The notes: generated by a model from the sequence alone, not told the origin. A stretch of DNA of 64,000 nucleotides from an uncultured Paraprevotella sp. (GCA_944319925.1 CALUFQ010000009.1:1540-65539), one strand, 5' to 3'. Shown: positions 19,916-30,448, counted from the stretch's first letter. Numbers and translations: made by a program.

Positions 19916-19923
19916 TATCTTTG
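19916..19923 (+). promoter_or_regulatory. Putative -7 box (TATCTTTG) for the lipid kinase gene
   Basis: TAnnTTTG match. Confidence 0.4.
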
Positions 19924-20016
19924 CTACGCGGATATGGGGCGCGGTTCGGATAGCCCAATGGAAAATCAAGCTTTTCCTTGCCCCGTCTCTCGCTATATTC
20001 GCAGGTAAATAGGTAA

Positions 20017-20949
20017 TTGGGAGTTATGGAACCAGACCGTTGGGGGATAATTTATTGTCCGAAAGAAGGTGTCCGCCATGTCCACAAGGAATGGGATGCC
20101 ATACGTGCCTATCTGGAAGAGAGGGGCGTCAAATACGATTTTGTCCAAAGCGAAGGTCCGAAGTCGGTGGAGCGGCTGGCGGCTATGTTGGCTGCCAATG
20201 GTTATCAGACGTTGATTATCGTTGGAGGCGATGCCGCTTTGAACCGTGCGCTGAATGGTGTGTTGGCCCAGGGGGAGGATGTGCGCCGGCAGATTGCCAT
20301 CGGAGTGGTTCCCAACGGATGGGGAAATGATTTCGCCCATTTTTGGGGATATGAGGAAGACAATTATAAGCAGACGATAGACTGGTTGGTGAAGCGGCGT
20401 GTGCGCAAAGTGGATGTGGGGGTTTGTGTGCCTGAAAACAAGGAGCTAAAGCCCCGCTACTTTCTGAATTGCGTGAATGTGGGGCTGGTGGCCAACATCA
20501 TGAATATCAAGCATAAGACGAGGCGGTTTTGGGGCATGCTCACGCTGTCACATTTGTCTTCCATGTTTATCCTTTTGTTCCAGCGGATGGAACACAGGAT
20601 GCATTTCAAAGTCAACCAAGACGAGATTGACAAAAGTGTGATGACCGTGTGCATCGGGAGTGCGCGGGGATACGGACAGACACCGAGCGGAGTGCCTTAC
20701 AACGGTTTGCTGGACGTGTCGGTGGTTTCACATCCCGAGATGTCCCAAATGGTGGAGGCTTTGTGGATGCTCTTCCGTGGTCGTTTCCTGAACCACAAGG
20801 CGGTGAAGTCCTACCGGACGAAGGCGGTGCATTTCTATGATAACGGGAAAGCCATGGTGAGCTTGGACGGCGCGGTGTGGGAAAATGCACCCTTGCCGAT
20901 GACCGTGGGGATACATCAGGAATGGATTGATTTCATCATCCCGTCTTGA
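20017..20949 (+). CDS. Diacylglycerol kinase family lipid kinase (YegS/BmrU-like)
   Basis: Contains LIIVGGDAALNRALNG...VVPNGWGNDFA. The start may be the internal Met at 20026. Confidence 0.85.
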   Translation: MGVMEPDRWGIIYCPKEGVRHVHKEWDAIRAYLEERGVKYDFVQSEGPKSVERLAAMLAANGYQTLIIVGGDAALNRALNGVLAQGEDVRRQIAIGVVPNGWGNDFAHFWGYEEDNYKQTIDWLVKRRVRKVDVGVCVPENKELKPRYFLNCVNVGLVANIMNIKHKTRRFWGMLTLSHLSSMFILLFQRMEHRMHFKVNQDEIDKSVMTVCIGSARGYGQTPSGVPYNGLLDVSVVSHPEMSQMVEALWMLFRGRFLNHKAVKSYRTKAVHFYDNGKAMVSLDGAVWENAPLPMTVGIHQEWIDFIIPS

Positions 20950-20963
20950 TTCCTTCCAAGGTC

Positions 20964-21668
20964 TCATCCGATTTTGGAGATTTGTTCCAGCTTGTGTTCT
21001 TCGATAATTTTGATTTTCCGCCCGTCGATGGCGATGATTTTCTCTGCGGCAAAATTGGAAAGGGTGCGGCTGGCGTTAGCAGTTGTCATGTTGGAGAGGT
21101 TGGCCAAGTCCTCGCGCGACAGGTAGATGCTCAATGTGCATCCGTCTTCTTCCAGCCCATAGCTTTCTTTGAGAAACAGGAGGGATTCGGCAAGCCGTCC
21201 CCTGATGTGTTTTTGGGTCAGGTTGACAGTCCTTTCGTCGGCGACTCCCAAATCTATGGAAAGTTGTTTGATGAAGAACCACGCCAAGTCGTTGTTTTCC
21301 CTTACCAGCCGCATGATGGTGGCCATGGGAATCATGCCGATGGTGGATGTCTCGAACGCGGCCGCGGCCGTGAGATACTTTTGGCAGGCAAAATAGGCGC
21401 GATAGGCAAAATATTCCACGGGCTTGATGACTCTGATGATTTGGTTGCGTCCGCTGGTGCCGTTTTTGAATATTTTTACCTTGCCGTCGAGGAGACACAT
21501 GAGCCGCGTGGGGTAGTCCCCCTCGCTGTATATCGGCTCATCCTTTTTAAAGGTATAGACGACGAGGTTCTGTGTCAAATATTCCCGTTGTTCAGGATTG
21601 AGTGGATCCCATAAATCAGAGATTTTTTCCCAAATCTCCTCTTTATTATCCATTTTTACTCTGACCAT
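20964..21668 (-). CDS. Crp/Fnr family transcriptional regulator
   Basis: cNMP-binding beta-roll plus C-terminal HTH (LSREDLANLSNMTTANASRTLS). Confidence 0.85.
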   Translation of the reverse strand: MVRVKMDNKEEIWEKISDLWDPLNPEQREYLTQNLVVYTFKKDEPIYSEGDYPTRLMCLLDGKVKIFKNGTSGRNQIIRVIKPVEYFAYRAYFACQKYLTAAAAFETSTIGMIPMATIMRLVRENNDLAWFFIKQLSIDLGVADERTVNLTQKHIRGRLAESLLFLKESYGLEEDGCTLSIYLSREDLANLSNMTTANASRTLSNFAAEKIIAIDGRKIKIIEEHKLEQISKIG

Positions 21669-21699
21669 AAACTTGATTACTGCGGATTGTTTAATAATG

Positions 21700-21707
21700 C
21701 AAAATTA
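21700..21707 (-). promoter_or_regulatory. Putative -7 box (TAATTTTG) for the Crp/Fnr regulator
   Basis: Minus-strand TAnnTTTG 32 nt upstream of ATG 21668. Confidence 0.45.
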
Positions 21708-21821
21708 GCAAATCTGTTTCAAGCGCGGAAATATTTGCGGGCAAAAACATGTCGTAAAGCAAGTTTTTAGTTTTTCTTAAAAATATGTGTGTCATAATTT
21801 CGTTGATATTGGATTTTTTAC

Positions 21822-21829
21822 TATTTTTG
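21822..21829 (+). promoter_or_regulatory. Putative -7 box (TATTTTTG) for the glycogen debranching-GT4-GH57 operon
   Basis: TAnnTTTG 65 nt upstream of the ATG. Confidence 0.45.
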
Positions 21830-21893
21830 GGTTGACATAAAAGAAATGACAGACAGAACGATAAAGTGATAACCTTAATATAATTTCAAGACC

Positions 21894-23837
21894 ATGAGTT
21901 ACATTCATTTTGATAAGACCTTGATGACGAATTTGGAAGAGGCACTTCAAAAGGAAATCTTGCGTTCCAACCGTTCAGGGGCTTATTCTTGCTCTACGAT
22001 TGTAGATTGCAATACGCGAAAGTATCACGGTTTGTTGGTAGTCCCCATTCCGGAATTGGGCGATGAAAATTATGTGTTGTTGTCTTCTTTGGACGAAACG
22101 GTCGTGCAGCATGGCGCGGAGTTCAATTTGGGGCTGCATAAGTACCAAGGGAATAATTTCAGTCCGAACGGGCACAAGTACATCCGTGAGTTCAATTGCG
22201 ACCAGGTCCCGACAACGATTTACCGTGTGGGAGGCGTGATTCTGAAAAAGGAAAAGGTGTTCCAGCATTACGAGAACCGCATCATCATACGTTACACGCT
22301 GTTGGATGCGCATTCCGAAACGACGTTGAAGCTCAGGCCTTTCCTTGCGTTCCGTTGTGTGCGGGAATATACGCATGAAAACTCCCGCGTGAACCGAAAT
22401 TACCAAGAGGTGTCCAATGGCATCAAGACGTGCTTGTATGAGGGATATCCGGAATTGTACATGCAGCTGAACAAGAAAAACGATTTCGTGTTCCAGCCAG
22501 ACTGGTATCGTGGAGTGGAATACCCGAAGGAACTGGAGCGGGGTTATGCGTTCAACGAAGACTTGTACGTGCCGGGCTATTTTGAATTTAAAATCAAGAA
22601 GGGCGAAAGCGTGGTGTTCTCGGCCGGGCTTTCCGAAATCAAAACGACCCAGCTGAAACAAATCGCTGATTTCGAAGTGAAAATCCGTACGCCGAGAGAC
22701 AATTTCTATCATTGCCTGGTGAACTCCGCGCATCAGTTCTACTATCACGTGGACGGCGAGAATTATATCTTGGCCGGTTATCCTTGGTTCAAGTGCCGTG
22801 CCCGCGACATGATGATTGCCTTGCCGGGGCTGACGTTGGTCAATGACGAAGTGGAACAGTTCGAAATGTGCATGAAGACGATGGAAAAGGGTGTCCGGCA
22901 GTTTATGGCAGGAGAGCCTCTTTCCGTGAAAATCCATGAGATTGAATATCCCGACGTTTTCCTTTGGGCGATTTCTTGTATCCAGCAATATGCCAAAATC
23001 GTGTCGATGGAAAAATGCGTCGAGAAATATGGCACTTTGGTGAAGGACATCATGACGTACCTCTATGGGGACAAGCACCCGACACTGAAAGTGAGGGAGA
23101 ATGGATTGGTGTATGCCAAGGGAAAGGAGAAGGCGATCACATGGATGAACTCTACGGCCAACGGGCGGCCCATCGTCCCGAGGAGCGGGTATATCGTGGA
23201 GTTTAACGCGTTGTGGTATAATGCTTTGAAATTCAGCGCGGATATCTGCCATGCCATTGGCGATACTTATTGGGAAGGCGAATTGGAAAGTGTGGCCGGA
23301 AAAGTGGCGCAGTCGTTCCGTGAAGTGTTCCTTAACGAATACGGGTATTTGTTCGACTATGTGGACGAGACCAACGACAGTCCGGATTGGAGTGTGCGGC
23401 CCAACATGATTTTTGCCGTGGCGCTTGAATATTCCCCGCTGACCCTGCCCGAACGCAAACAGGTATTCGACATTTGCACGAAAGAATTACTGACCCCCAA
23501 GGGGCTTCGTTCGCTGAGCCCGAAGAGCGGCGGCTACAACCCCATGTATGTCGGGCCGCAAATCCAGCGCGACTATGCATACCATCAAGGCACGGCATGG
23601 CCTTGGCTGGCGGGATTCTACATGGAAGCTTGCTTGCGCCTGTACAAGCAGAGCCGGATTAGTTTCATTGAACGTGTGCTGGTAGGCTTTGAGGAAGAAA
23701 TGTTCTCGCATTGCGTGGGCACGATTCCCGAAATGTTTGATGGAAACCCGCCTTTCCATGCGCGTGGCGCCATTTCTTTTGCCATGAACGTGGCGGAAAT
23801 CCTGCGTGTCGTGAAAAATCTGGAATTATATAAATAA
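21894..23837 (+). CDS. Glycogen debranching enzyme family protein (GDE N-terminal domain plus amylo-alpha-1,6-glucosidase)
   Basis: 647 aa. Contains RKYHGLLV...ILAGYPWFKCRARDMMIAL...YHQGTAWPWL. Confidence 0.85.
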   Translation: MSYIHFDKTLMTNLEEALQKEILRSNRSGAYSCSTIVDCNTRKYHGLLVVPIPELGDENYVLLSSLDETVVQHGAEFNLGLHKYQGNNFSPNGHKYIREFNCDQVPTTIYRVGGVILKKEKVFQHYENRIIIRYTLLDAHSETTLKLRPFLAFRCVREYTHENSRVNRNYQEVSNGIKTCLYEGYPELYMQLNKKNDFVFQPDWYRGVEYPKELERGYAFNEDLYVPGYFEFKIKKGESVVFSAGLSEIKTTQLKQIADFEVKIRTPRDNFYHCLVNSAHQFYYHVDGENYILAGYPWFKCRARDMMIALPGLTLVNDEVEQFEMCMKTMEKGVRQFMAGEPLSVKIHEIEYPDVFLWAISCIQQYAKIVSMEKCVEKYGTLVKDIMTYLYGDKHPTLKVRENGLVYAKGKEKAITWMNSTANGRPIVPRSGYIVEFNALWYNALKFSADICHAIGDTYWEGELESVAGKVAQSFREVFLNEYGYLFDYVDETNDSPDWSVRPNMIFAVALEYSPLTLPERKQVFDICTKELLTPKGLRSLSPKSGGYNPMYVGPQIQRDYAYHQGTAWPWLAGFYMEACLRLYKQSRISFIERVLVGFEEEMFSHCVGTIPEMFDGNPPFHARGAISFAMNVAEILRVVKNLELYK

Positions 23838-23852
23838 GGAGGAGAACCGGAT

Positions 23853-25133
23853 ATGAAAGTATTAATGTTTGGATGGGAGTTTCCTCCTCATATTCTTGGA
23901 GGACTCGGTACGGCCAGTTATGGTATGACCAAGGGGCTTTCCGTACAGCCTGATATGGAAATCACTTTCTGTATTCCCAAGCCTTGGGGAGACGAAGACC
24001 AGAGTTTCCTGAAAATCATCGGCATGAACAGTGTGCCCATTGTGTGGCGCGACGTGGATTGGGAGTATGTGAAGAGTCGCGTGGGCGGCTACATGGATCC
24101 GCAGTTGTATTACGACCTTCGCGACCATATCTATGCCGATTTCTCTTATATGTATGTAAACGACTTGGGCTGCATGGAGTTTTCCGGACGCTATCCGGAT
24201 AACCTGCACGAGGAAATCAACAACTATTCCATCGTTGCGGGAGTGGTGGCGCGCCAACAGCAGTATGACATCATCCATGCGCACGACTGGCTGACTTATC
24301 CGGCCGGCATCCACGCCAAGCAGGTGAGCGGGAAACCGCTGGTCATCCATGTGCATGCCACGGACTTCGACCGTAGCCGGGGGAACGTGAACCCCACAGT
24401 TTACGGGATAGAAAAGAACGGCATGGACCATGCAGACTGCATCATGTGCGTGAGCGAACTGACGCGCCAGACGGTCATCAACCATTACCATCAGGATCCG
24501 GCCAAGTGCTTTGCCATGCACAATGCCGTCTATCCTTTGGCTCCCGAGTTGCAGGCTATCGTGGACCAACGAAAGCCGAGCTCGGAGCGCAAGGAGAAAG
24601 TCGTGACGTTCTTGGGGCGCATCACGATGCAGAAAGGTCCTGAGTATTTCATTGAGGCTGCCCGGCGGGTGTTGGACCGCACCCACAACGTGCGTTTCTG
24701 TTTCGCGGGGAGCGGCGACATGATGAACGCCATGATTGAGATGGCTGCGGCATACGGGATTGCCGACCGTTGCCATTTCCCGGGATTTATGAAAGGGAAA
24801 CAGGTTTTTGAATGTTTCCGCGACAGCGACGTGTATGTGATGCCTTCCGTGTCCGAGCCGTTCGGCATATCGCCGTTGGAGGCCATGCAGAGTGGTGTGC
24901 CTTCGATTATCAGCAAGCAGTCCGGTTGTGCGGAAATCCTCTCCAATTGCATCAAAGTGGACTATTGGGACATTGACGCGATGGCGGATGCCATGTATGC
25001 GCTTTGCATGTATCCTTCCCTGCACGACTACCTTCAGAAGGAAGGGAAGAAAGAGGTGGATGGCATCACGTGGGAGAAGGTCGGCCAGCGCATCCGCAGG
25101 CTTTACGATGAGACGATTCAAAAATGCAAATAA
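23853..25133 (+). CDS. Glycosyltransferase family 4 (glycogen-cluster GT-B)
   Basis: Contains MKVLMFGWEFPPHILGGLG...HAHDWLT...EPFGISPLEAM. Confidence 0.85.
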   Translation: MKVLMFGWEFPPHILGGLGTASYGMTKGLSVQPDMEITFCIPKPWGDEDQSFLKIIGMNSVPIVWRDVDWEYVKSRVGGYMDPQLYYDLRDHIYADFSYMYVNDLGCMEFSGRYPDNLHEEINNYSIVAGVVARQQQYDIIHAHDWLTYPAGIHAKQVSGKPLVIHVHATDFDRSRGNVNPTVYGIEKNGMDHADCIMCVSELTRQTVINHYHQDPAKCFAMHNAVYPLAPELQAIVDQRKPSSERKEKVVTFLGRITMQKGPEYFIEAARRVLDRTHNVRFCFAGSGDMMNAMIEMAAAYGIADRCHFPGFMKGKQVFECFRDSDVYVMPSVSEPFGISPLEAMQSGVPSIISKQSGCAEILSNCIKVDYWDIDAMADAMYALCMYPSLHDYLQKEGKKEVDGITWEKVGQRIRRLYDETIQKCK

Positions 25134-25149
25134 TTAAAAATACTATGAT

Positions 25150-26502
25150 ATGAAAACGATTTGCCTTTATTTCGAGATTCATCAGAATATACATCTGAAG
25201 CGTTACCGTTTCTTTGATATCGGCACGGATCATTATTATTATGATGATTACGAGAACGAGCGGAGCATCAACGACACGGTGGAACACTCTTATATACCGG
25301 CCTTGCAGACGTTGCTGCAGATGGCCAAGGAGAACCAAGGCTATTTCAAGGTGGCTTTCTCCATTTCAGGCTGTGCCATTGAACTGTTGGAGAATTATGC
25401 TCCTACGGTGATAGAACTGTTGCAGGAACTCAATGAAACGGGGTGCGTGGAATTTATCGCGGAACCCTATTCCCACGGGCTTTCTTCGTTGGCCAACGAG
25501 GATTCTTTCAAGGAAGAGACCATGCGGATGGCGAAGAAAATCAAGGAACTTTTCGGGCAGGAACCGAAAGTGTTCCGCAATTCGTCGCTGATTTATTCCG
25601 ACGACATTGGAAGCACGGTGGCCTCGATGGGCTTCAAGGGCATGATTACGGAGGGTGCGAAGCACATCCTGGGATGGAAGAGCCCGCATTTTGTTTATCA
25701 TTGCGTACAGAATCCTAACTTGAAGCTTTTGTTGCGCGACTACAAGCTTTCGGATGACATTTGCCTGCGCTTCAGCGACAAGTCTTGGAATGAATACCCC
25801 TTGTTTGCCGACACGTATATGGACTGGATCGCTTCGGAGCCGGAAGAAGAACAGGTCATCAACATTTTCATGGAGTTGTGTGCTTTGGGCATGTTCCAGC
25901 CTTTGTCGTCCAATATCTTGGAATTCATCAAGGCTTTCCCGGCCTGCGCCAAGCAGCGCGGCATCACTTTCTCCACGCCTTCCGAGGTCATCGAGCAGCA
26001 CAAGTCGGTGGACGCGTTGGAGGTTGCCTATCCCATTTCTTGGGTGGACGAGGAGCGCGACATCAGTTGCTGGCTGGGCAACGGTATGCAACGCGAGGCT
26101 TTCAACAAGTTGTATAGCGTAGCCGACCGTGTCCGCATCAGCAACGACAGGCGAATCAAGCAAGATTGGGACTACCTACAGGTCAGCAACAATTTCCGTT
26201 TCATGACCACCAAGCCTAGCAGCTGGAACATGTATCGCGGCATTTATGATTCGCCGTATGATGCCTTCACGAATTACATGAACATCCTTGGCGATTTCAT
26301 CAACCGGGTGAACAGCATGTACCCCAGCGACATAGACAACGAAGAGCTGAACTCCTTGCTCACATTGATTAAGAACCAGGGCGAGGAACTCGAGGTGAAG
26401 GATAAGGAAATCGCGCGTTTGAACGCACGGCTGAAGAAGCTCTCGCCCGAGGCTGAGCCTAAGAAGACGACACGCAAGGCTTCGGCCAAGAAACAAGCCT
26501 GA
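25150..26502 (+). CDS. Glycoside hydrolase family 57 (alpha-amylase / alpha-glucanotransferase-like)
   Basis: Contains ICLYFEIHQNIHLKRYRFFDIG...FSISGCAIELLE...AEPYSHGL. Confidence 0.85.
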   Translation: MKTICLYFEIHQNIHLKRYRFFDIGTDHYYYDDYENERSINDTVEHSYIPALQTLLQMAKENQGYFKVAFSISGCAIELLENYAPTVIELLQELNETGCVEFIAEPYSHGLSSLANEDSFKEETMRMAKKIKELFGQEPKVFRNSSLIYSDDIGSTVASMGFKGMITEGAKHILGWKSPHFVYHCVQNPNLKLLLRDYKLSDDICLRFSDKSWNEYPLFADTYMDWIASEPEEEQVINIFMELCALGMFQPLSSNILEFIKAFPACAKQRGITFSTPSEVIEQHKSVDALEVAYPISWVDEERDISCWLGNGMQREAFNKLYSVADRVRISNDRRIKQDWDYLQVSNNFRFMTTKPSSWNMYRGIYDSPYDAFTNYMNILGDFINRVNSMYPSDIDNEELNSLLTLIKNQGEELEVKDKEIARLNARLKKLSPEAEPKKTTRKASAKKQA

Positions 26503-26517
26503 CCAAAGCCGGATTCA

Positions 26518-26564
26518 TAAATGGAAATCCCCGCCAGTTCTTGAGGCTGGCGGGGATTTCCATT
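26518..26564. terminator. Bidirectional terminator between the convergent GH57 and DUF4270 genes
   Basis: Perfect long stem AATGGAAATCCCCGCCAG / CTGGCGGGGATTTCCATT with a 9-nt loop and A/T flanks on both sides. Confidence 0.8.
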
Positions 26565-26596
26565 TGGTTGGTATTTCCGTAGTGTCTTTAATATCT

Positions 26597-28009
26597 TTAT
26601 TGGAATGTGCTGTATATCACTTGCAGGCTGGTGCGGTCGTTGATTCCTCCCACCAGCCGCGTACTGCCCACTCCCATGTCGTGGGTCACGCTCACGATGT
26701 TGTTGCTGTTGTCTTCGTTCGTTTCGACCGGGATAAGCACCACTTTGTTCCAATCCTCGTGGTCTTGCGCCCAAGCTTCCGGGGTGAGTCCTGCTTTGGC
26801 CGCCTCGGTGCGCTTTTCCCGGCGGCAGTAGGCAATCAGGTTGCTGATGTTGGAGAACGTGTAAGTGTTGTAACTGCTGTTGAAGGAAGTGATGAACGAT
26901 GTCTTGTTGTCCGGCACCCGGTTTTCTTCGAAGAAAAGATACATGTCCTGCTTGCGCACCAGCAAGAGGGTTTGCGGGATGTCGAAAGCCGCCGCCAAGT
27001 CGGCTTCCGTGTTGTAGCGGTACAGGGTGAACTGCGTCTGGCTGATGCTGTCGTTGTCATGCCCTTCATAAATCTCGTCTATGGGGAGCGTCATTTCCGT
27101 GAACACCCCGGCCGGGGTTTTCAGGTAGGTGCATTCGTTGTTGTTGTCCAGCCATGCCGACAATCCTTCGTTTTCCACGTATGTGTTTTGCAACACTTCG
27201 GGGGTGGCGGCAAAACGTCCCATGCCTACATAGACGGTGTCCCTTGCCGTGTCCCTGTATTTGAAGTAAATGTTCATCGCGCCTACCCTCATTTTCACCA
27301 TGGTGCCGTTTCCGTCCGTCAGCTTGAAGTAGAATCCCGGGCACACGTGGTGGATGAAGTTATAGGAATTTCTGAAAAAGTCTTTGTTCTCGTAATATTT
27401 TCTCAGCATGAACGTCCCGTAGTCTTTGGGGAGGACGATGCGGATGTTTGGTGAATACGAGCTGCTCTCCCGGTCGTCCTCGGGCACGGTGAAGTCCGTG
27501 GCGGTGAATACTTTGCTGGTAATGGGGCCGTCTGCCTTGTGGTTGATGTACCGGGTCAGGTCGGCATTGCTGTAATAGGTGGAGTCTTCACGGATTACGT
27601 TTGTCGTGTCCAGTTCATAGACTTCCACTTTCATGGGGTTGTTGCCGTCCCCGTAATACTTTTCATAATAGAGGCAGATTTCGATGGAGTCGGCTTCGAT
27701 TTCCCCTTGGTCGTTTTTAATCATCTGGCCGTAGTCGGGGAACTCCCAATTCTCCAATGTGCTGAATTGCGCCAGAAACTCGGCTTTCACCTGCAGGCCG
27801 GTTTCGGGGTCGGTCATGCGTCCCAGGAAGGAGTTGTTGCTGTTGCTCAACACGGAATCTGCGGCCAGCGAACGGGTGGACGCTTCATAAATGGCGGTGG
27901 AGGCACTGATGTTGTCTTCGTCCGTGTATATGCCGATGTCGTTTGTCGTGTCGTCGCAAGCTGCGCCGCATAACCCGAGCAGCGCGATGAGTGGGGCTTT
28001 GGTTTTCAT
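26597..28009 (-). CDS. DUF4270 family lipoprotein
   Basis: Starts MKTKAPLIALLGLCGAACDD (lipobox). Lies immediately downstream of the short glycogen synthase, as is usual in Bacteroidales. Start trimmed from 28111. Confidence 0.6.
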   Translation of the reverse strand: MKTKAPLIALLGLCGAACDDTTNDIGIYTDEDNISASTAIYEASTRSLAADSVLSNSNNSFLGRMTDPETGLQVKAEFLAQFSTLENWEFPDYGQMIKNDQGEIEADSIEICLYYEKYYGDGNNPMKVEVYELDTTNVIREDSTYYSNADLTRYINHKADGPITSKVFTATDFTVPEDDRESSSYSPNIRIVLPKDYGTFMLRKYYENKDFFRNSYNFIHHVCPGFYFKLTDGNGTMVKMRVGAMNIYFKYRDTARDTVYVGMGRFAATPEVLQNTYVENEGLSAWLDNNNECTYLKTPAGVFTEMTLPIDEIYEGHDNDSISQTQFTLYRYNTEADLAAAFDIPQTLLLVRKQDMYLFFEENRVPDNKTSFITSFNSSYNTYTFSNISNLIAYCRREKRTEAAKAGLTPEAWAQDHEDWNKVVLIPVETNEDNSNNIVSVTHDMGVGSTRLVGGINDRTSLQVIYSTFQ

Positions 28010-28031
28010 ATCCTGATAACGGGGGGGATGT

Positions 28032-28865
28032 TTATTCTTCTTCTTTGTCTGTTTTGCCTGTGCTCCAAACCTTGTCGTAGAAGTCCGAGAACGCGGCCAC
28101 GCAAGTGGCATCCACGTCTCCCAGCACCGGCACTTTTTTCTCTTCGGCGTATGTCACGAATTCTTGGAACGCGCCTGTCTCCGGCACGGTTACCCCGTCG
28201 GAATAGTTGATGGCCAGCTTGTTCAGTTCGGCAAAAGTCATTTCCGGGCTGAATCCTTCCAGCACCGAGCTGTCCACGTTGCGGAACGCGATGCAGTTGC
28301 CGAAGTTGGTGCCCAATGGTTGTTCCAGTCGCTCATGGGACATGGAATAAATGATTTTGCTGTCGCAGAAGGACGGTTCGTCCTGATAGGCTGTCTTCAC
28401 AAACAAGGGGACCAATGCCGACATCCACCCTTCGCAGTGGATGATGTCCGGCACCCAGCGCAGTTTTTTGACGGTTTCCAAAACCCCGCGGGCATAGAAT
28501 ATCGCCCGTTCCCCGTTGTCCGCATATTCGTTGCCGTTTTCATCCGTTCCCATTTGCCTTTTCAGGAAATAGTCGTCGTTGTCGATGAAATACACCTGCA
28601 TGTGGGCCGATTGGATGGAAGCCACCTTGATAATCAGGGGATGGTCGGTGTCGTCGATAATCAGGTTCATGCCGGAGAGGCGGATAACTTCGTGCAGCTG
28701 GTTGCGGCGTTCGTTGATGTTACCCCATTTGGGCATGAATGTCCTGATTTCCCGCCCTTTGTTCTGGATTTCCTCGGGAAGGTCTCTTCCCAGGGCGGCC
28801 AGTTCCGAAGCGGGGACGTATGGTGTCATTTCCTGGGTAACGAATAATATTTTCTTAGCCTTCAT
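28032..28865 (-). CDS. Glycogen/starch synthase, short GT5 form (N-terminal Rossmann half only)
   Basis: Contains MKAKKILFVTQEMTPYVPASELAALGRDLP...IHCEGWMSALVP. Confidence 0.8.
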   Translation of the reverse strand: MKAKKILFVTQEMTPYVPASELAALGRDLPEEIQNKGREIRTFMPKWGNINERRNQLHEVIRLSGMNLIIDDTDHPLIIKVASIQSAHMQVYFIDNDDYFLKRQMGTDENGNEYADNGERAIFYARGVLETVKKLRWVPDIIHCEGWMSALVPLFVKTAYQDEPSFCDSKIIYSMSHERLEQPLGTNFGNCIAFRNVDSSVLEGFSPEMTFAELNKLAINYSDGVTVPETGAFQEFVTYAEEKKVPVLGDVDATCVAAFSDFYDKVWSTGKTDKEEE

Positions 28866-28890
28866 TTGTTCTGTTTACGTTTTCCTCATG

Positions 28891-28898
28891 CAAAGTTA
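28891..28898 (-). promoter_or_regulatory. Putative -7 box (TAACTTTG) for the glycogen synthase-DUF4270 pair
   Basis: Minus-strand TAnnTTTG 26 nt upstream of ATG 28865. Confidence 0.45.
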
Positions 28899-29054
28899 CG
28901 AAAAAAAAATGGCATTTCGCCTTTTCCTTCCTCCGCAGGTGTCATTCTTTTGCATAAATTTCACTTATTTCTCCGGCCTTTGTTTTGTTATATGGTATTT
29001 TATATGTTATTTTGCAGCGTTTTTTAGGATTACAATTTTAAAAATTGGCTGCAA

Positions 29055-29906
29055 ATGAAAGTAGTTCATACGATAGAAGAGTTGCGCGGCGAGCTGGGAC
29101 AGGCTCGTGCGGAAGGTAAAAAGATAGGAATGGTGCCCACGATGGGGGCACTGCATGCGGGGCATGCTTCGCTGGTCAAGCGCAGCGTGGCGGAGAACGG
29201 GCTGACTGTGGTCAGCGTGTTCCTCAACCCGACACAATTCAACGATAAGAAAGATTTGGAAAAATACCCGCGCACGTTGGATGCCGACTGCGCCTTGCTG
29301 GAGAGCATCGGGGCCGACGTGGTGTTTGCGCCCTCGGTGGAGGAGATGTATCCCGAACCTGACACGCGCAAGTTCAGCTATCCGCCTGTGGACACGGTGA
29401 TGGAGGGGGCTTACCGCCCGGGGCATTTCAACGGCGTGTGCCAGATTGTGAGCAAGCTGTTTGCTGCTGCGGAGCCGGACAGGGCTTATTTCGGCGAGAA
29501 AGACTTCCAGCAGATTGCCGTCATCCGTGCCATGGTGAAGGACTTGAAGATGCCGGTGGAAATCGTGCCTTGCCCGGTGGTGCGCGAAGAGAGCGGATTG
29601 GCCATGAGCAGCCGCAACACGTTGCTGACGGACGAGGAACGTGCCGTGGCGGCCCACATCAACGCCGTGCTGGTCAAGAGCAAGAATTTCGCCACGAACC
29701 ACACGCTGAAGGAGACGAGGCGTTACGTGGTGGACGCGCTGAACGCCATTGTCGGGCTGGAGGTGCAATACTTCTCCATCGTGGACGGGCGCACGTTGCA
29801 GGAGCTGGAGGCATGGACGGATTCGGACTACGTGGTGGGTTGCATCACCGTGTTCTGCGGGAGCCAGCCTATCCGCCTGATAGACCATGTGAAATATAAA
29901 GGATAA
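29055..29906 (+). CDS. panC: Pantoate--beta-alanine ligase
   Basis: Contains [15 protein letters not shown]...GHFNGV...GEKDFQQ. Confidence 0.95.
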   Translation: MKVVHTIEELRGELGQARAEGKKIGMVPTMGALHAGHASLVKRSVAENGLTVVSVFLNPTQFNDKKDLEKYPRTLDADCALLESIGADVVFAPSVEEMYPEPDTRKFSYPPVDTVMEGAYRPGHFNGVCQIVSKLFAAAEPDRAYFGEKDFQQIAVIRAMVKDLKMPVEIVPCPVVREESGLAMSSRNTLLTDEERAVAAHINAVLVKSKNFATNHTLKETRRYVVDALNAIVGLEVQYFSIVDGRTLQELEAWTDSDYVVGCITVFCGSQPIRLIDHVKYKG

Positions 29907-29934
29907 GATAGGGAATAAAAAACGGACGGTCATT

Positions 29935-30294
29935 ATGCTGATTCAAGTATTGAAGTCGAAGTTGCACTGTGTGCGTGTGACGGAGGCGAATTTGAATTAT
30001 ATGGGCAGCATCACGATTGACGAGGACTTGATGGATGCGGCCAACCTGATTGCGGGCGAAAAGGTGCAAATCGTGAACAACAACAACGGCGAACGCTTTG
30101 AGACCTATGTCATCAAGGGTGAGCGCGGTTCGGGCTGCATCTGCCTCAATGGCGCGGCGGCCCGCAAGGTGCAGGTGGGCGACATCTGCATCATCATTTC
30201 ATACGCCTTGATGGATTTCGAGGAAGCAAAGTCGTTCACGCCCACGGTGGTGTTCCCCGACTCGGAGACGAACCGTCTGCCGGATGGCGTTTGA
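29935..30294 (+). CDS. panD: Aspartate 1-decarboxylase
   Basis: Contains [32 protein letters not shown] (pyruvoyl GS site). Confidence 0.95.
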   Translation: MLIQVLKSKLHCVRVTEANLNYMGSITIDEDLMDAANLIAGEKVQIVNNNNGERFETYVIKGERGSGCICLNGAAARKVQVGDICIIISYALMDFEEAKSFTPTVVFPDSETNRLPDGV

Positions 30295-30342
30295 CCGGAG
30301 CTGGCAGCAGGTTGCCGGGCGGTATGCCTATGGGAATAGAGG

Positions 30343-30368
30343 GGGATGCATTGTGCATCCCTTTTTTG
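30343..30368 (+). terminator. Rho-independent terminator after panD
   Basis: Hairpin GGGATGCA-TTG-TGCATCCC followed by T6. Confidence 0.8.
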
Positions 30369-30448
30369 TTTTGTGCCAAATGGTAACAATCTGAAAAGGG
30401 GCCGTGTTCTTTGTTGCGCTGGATTTGAAATTTGGCACAACCGGAAAC

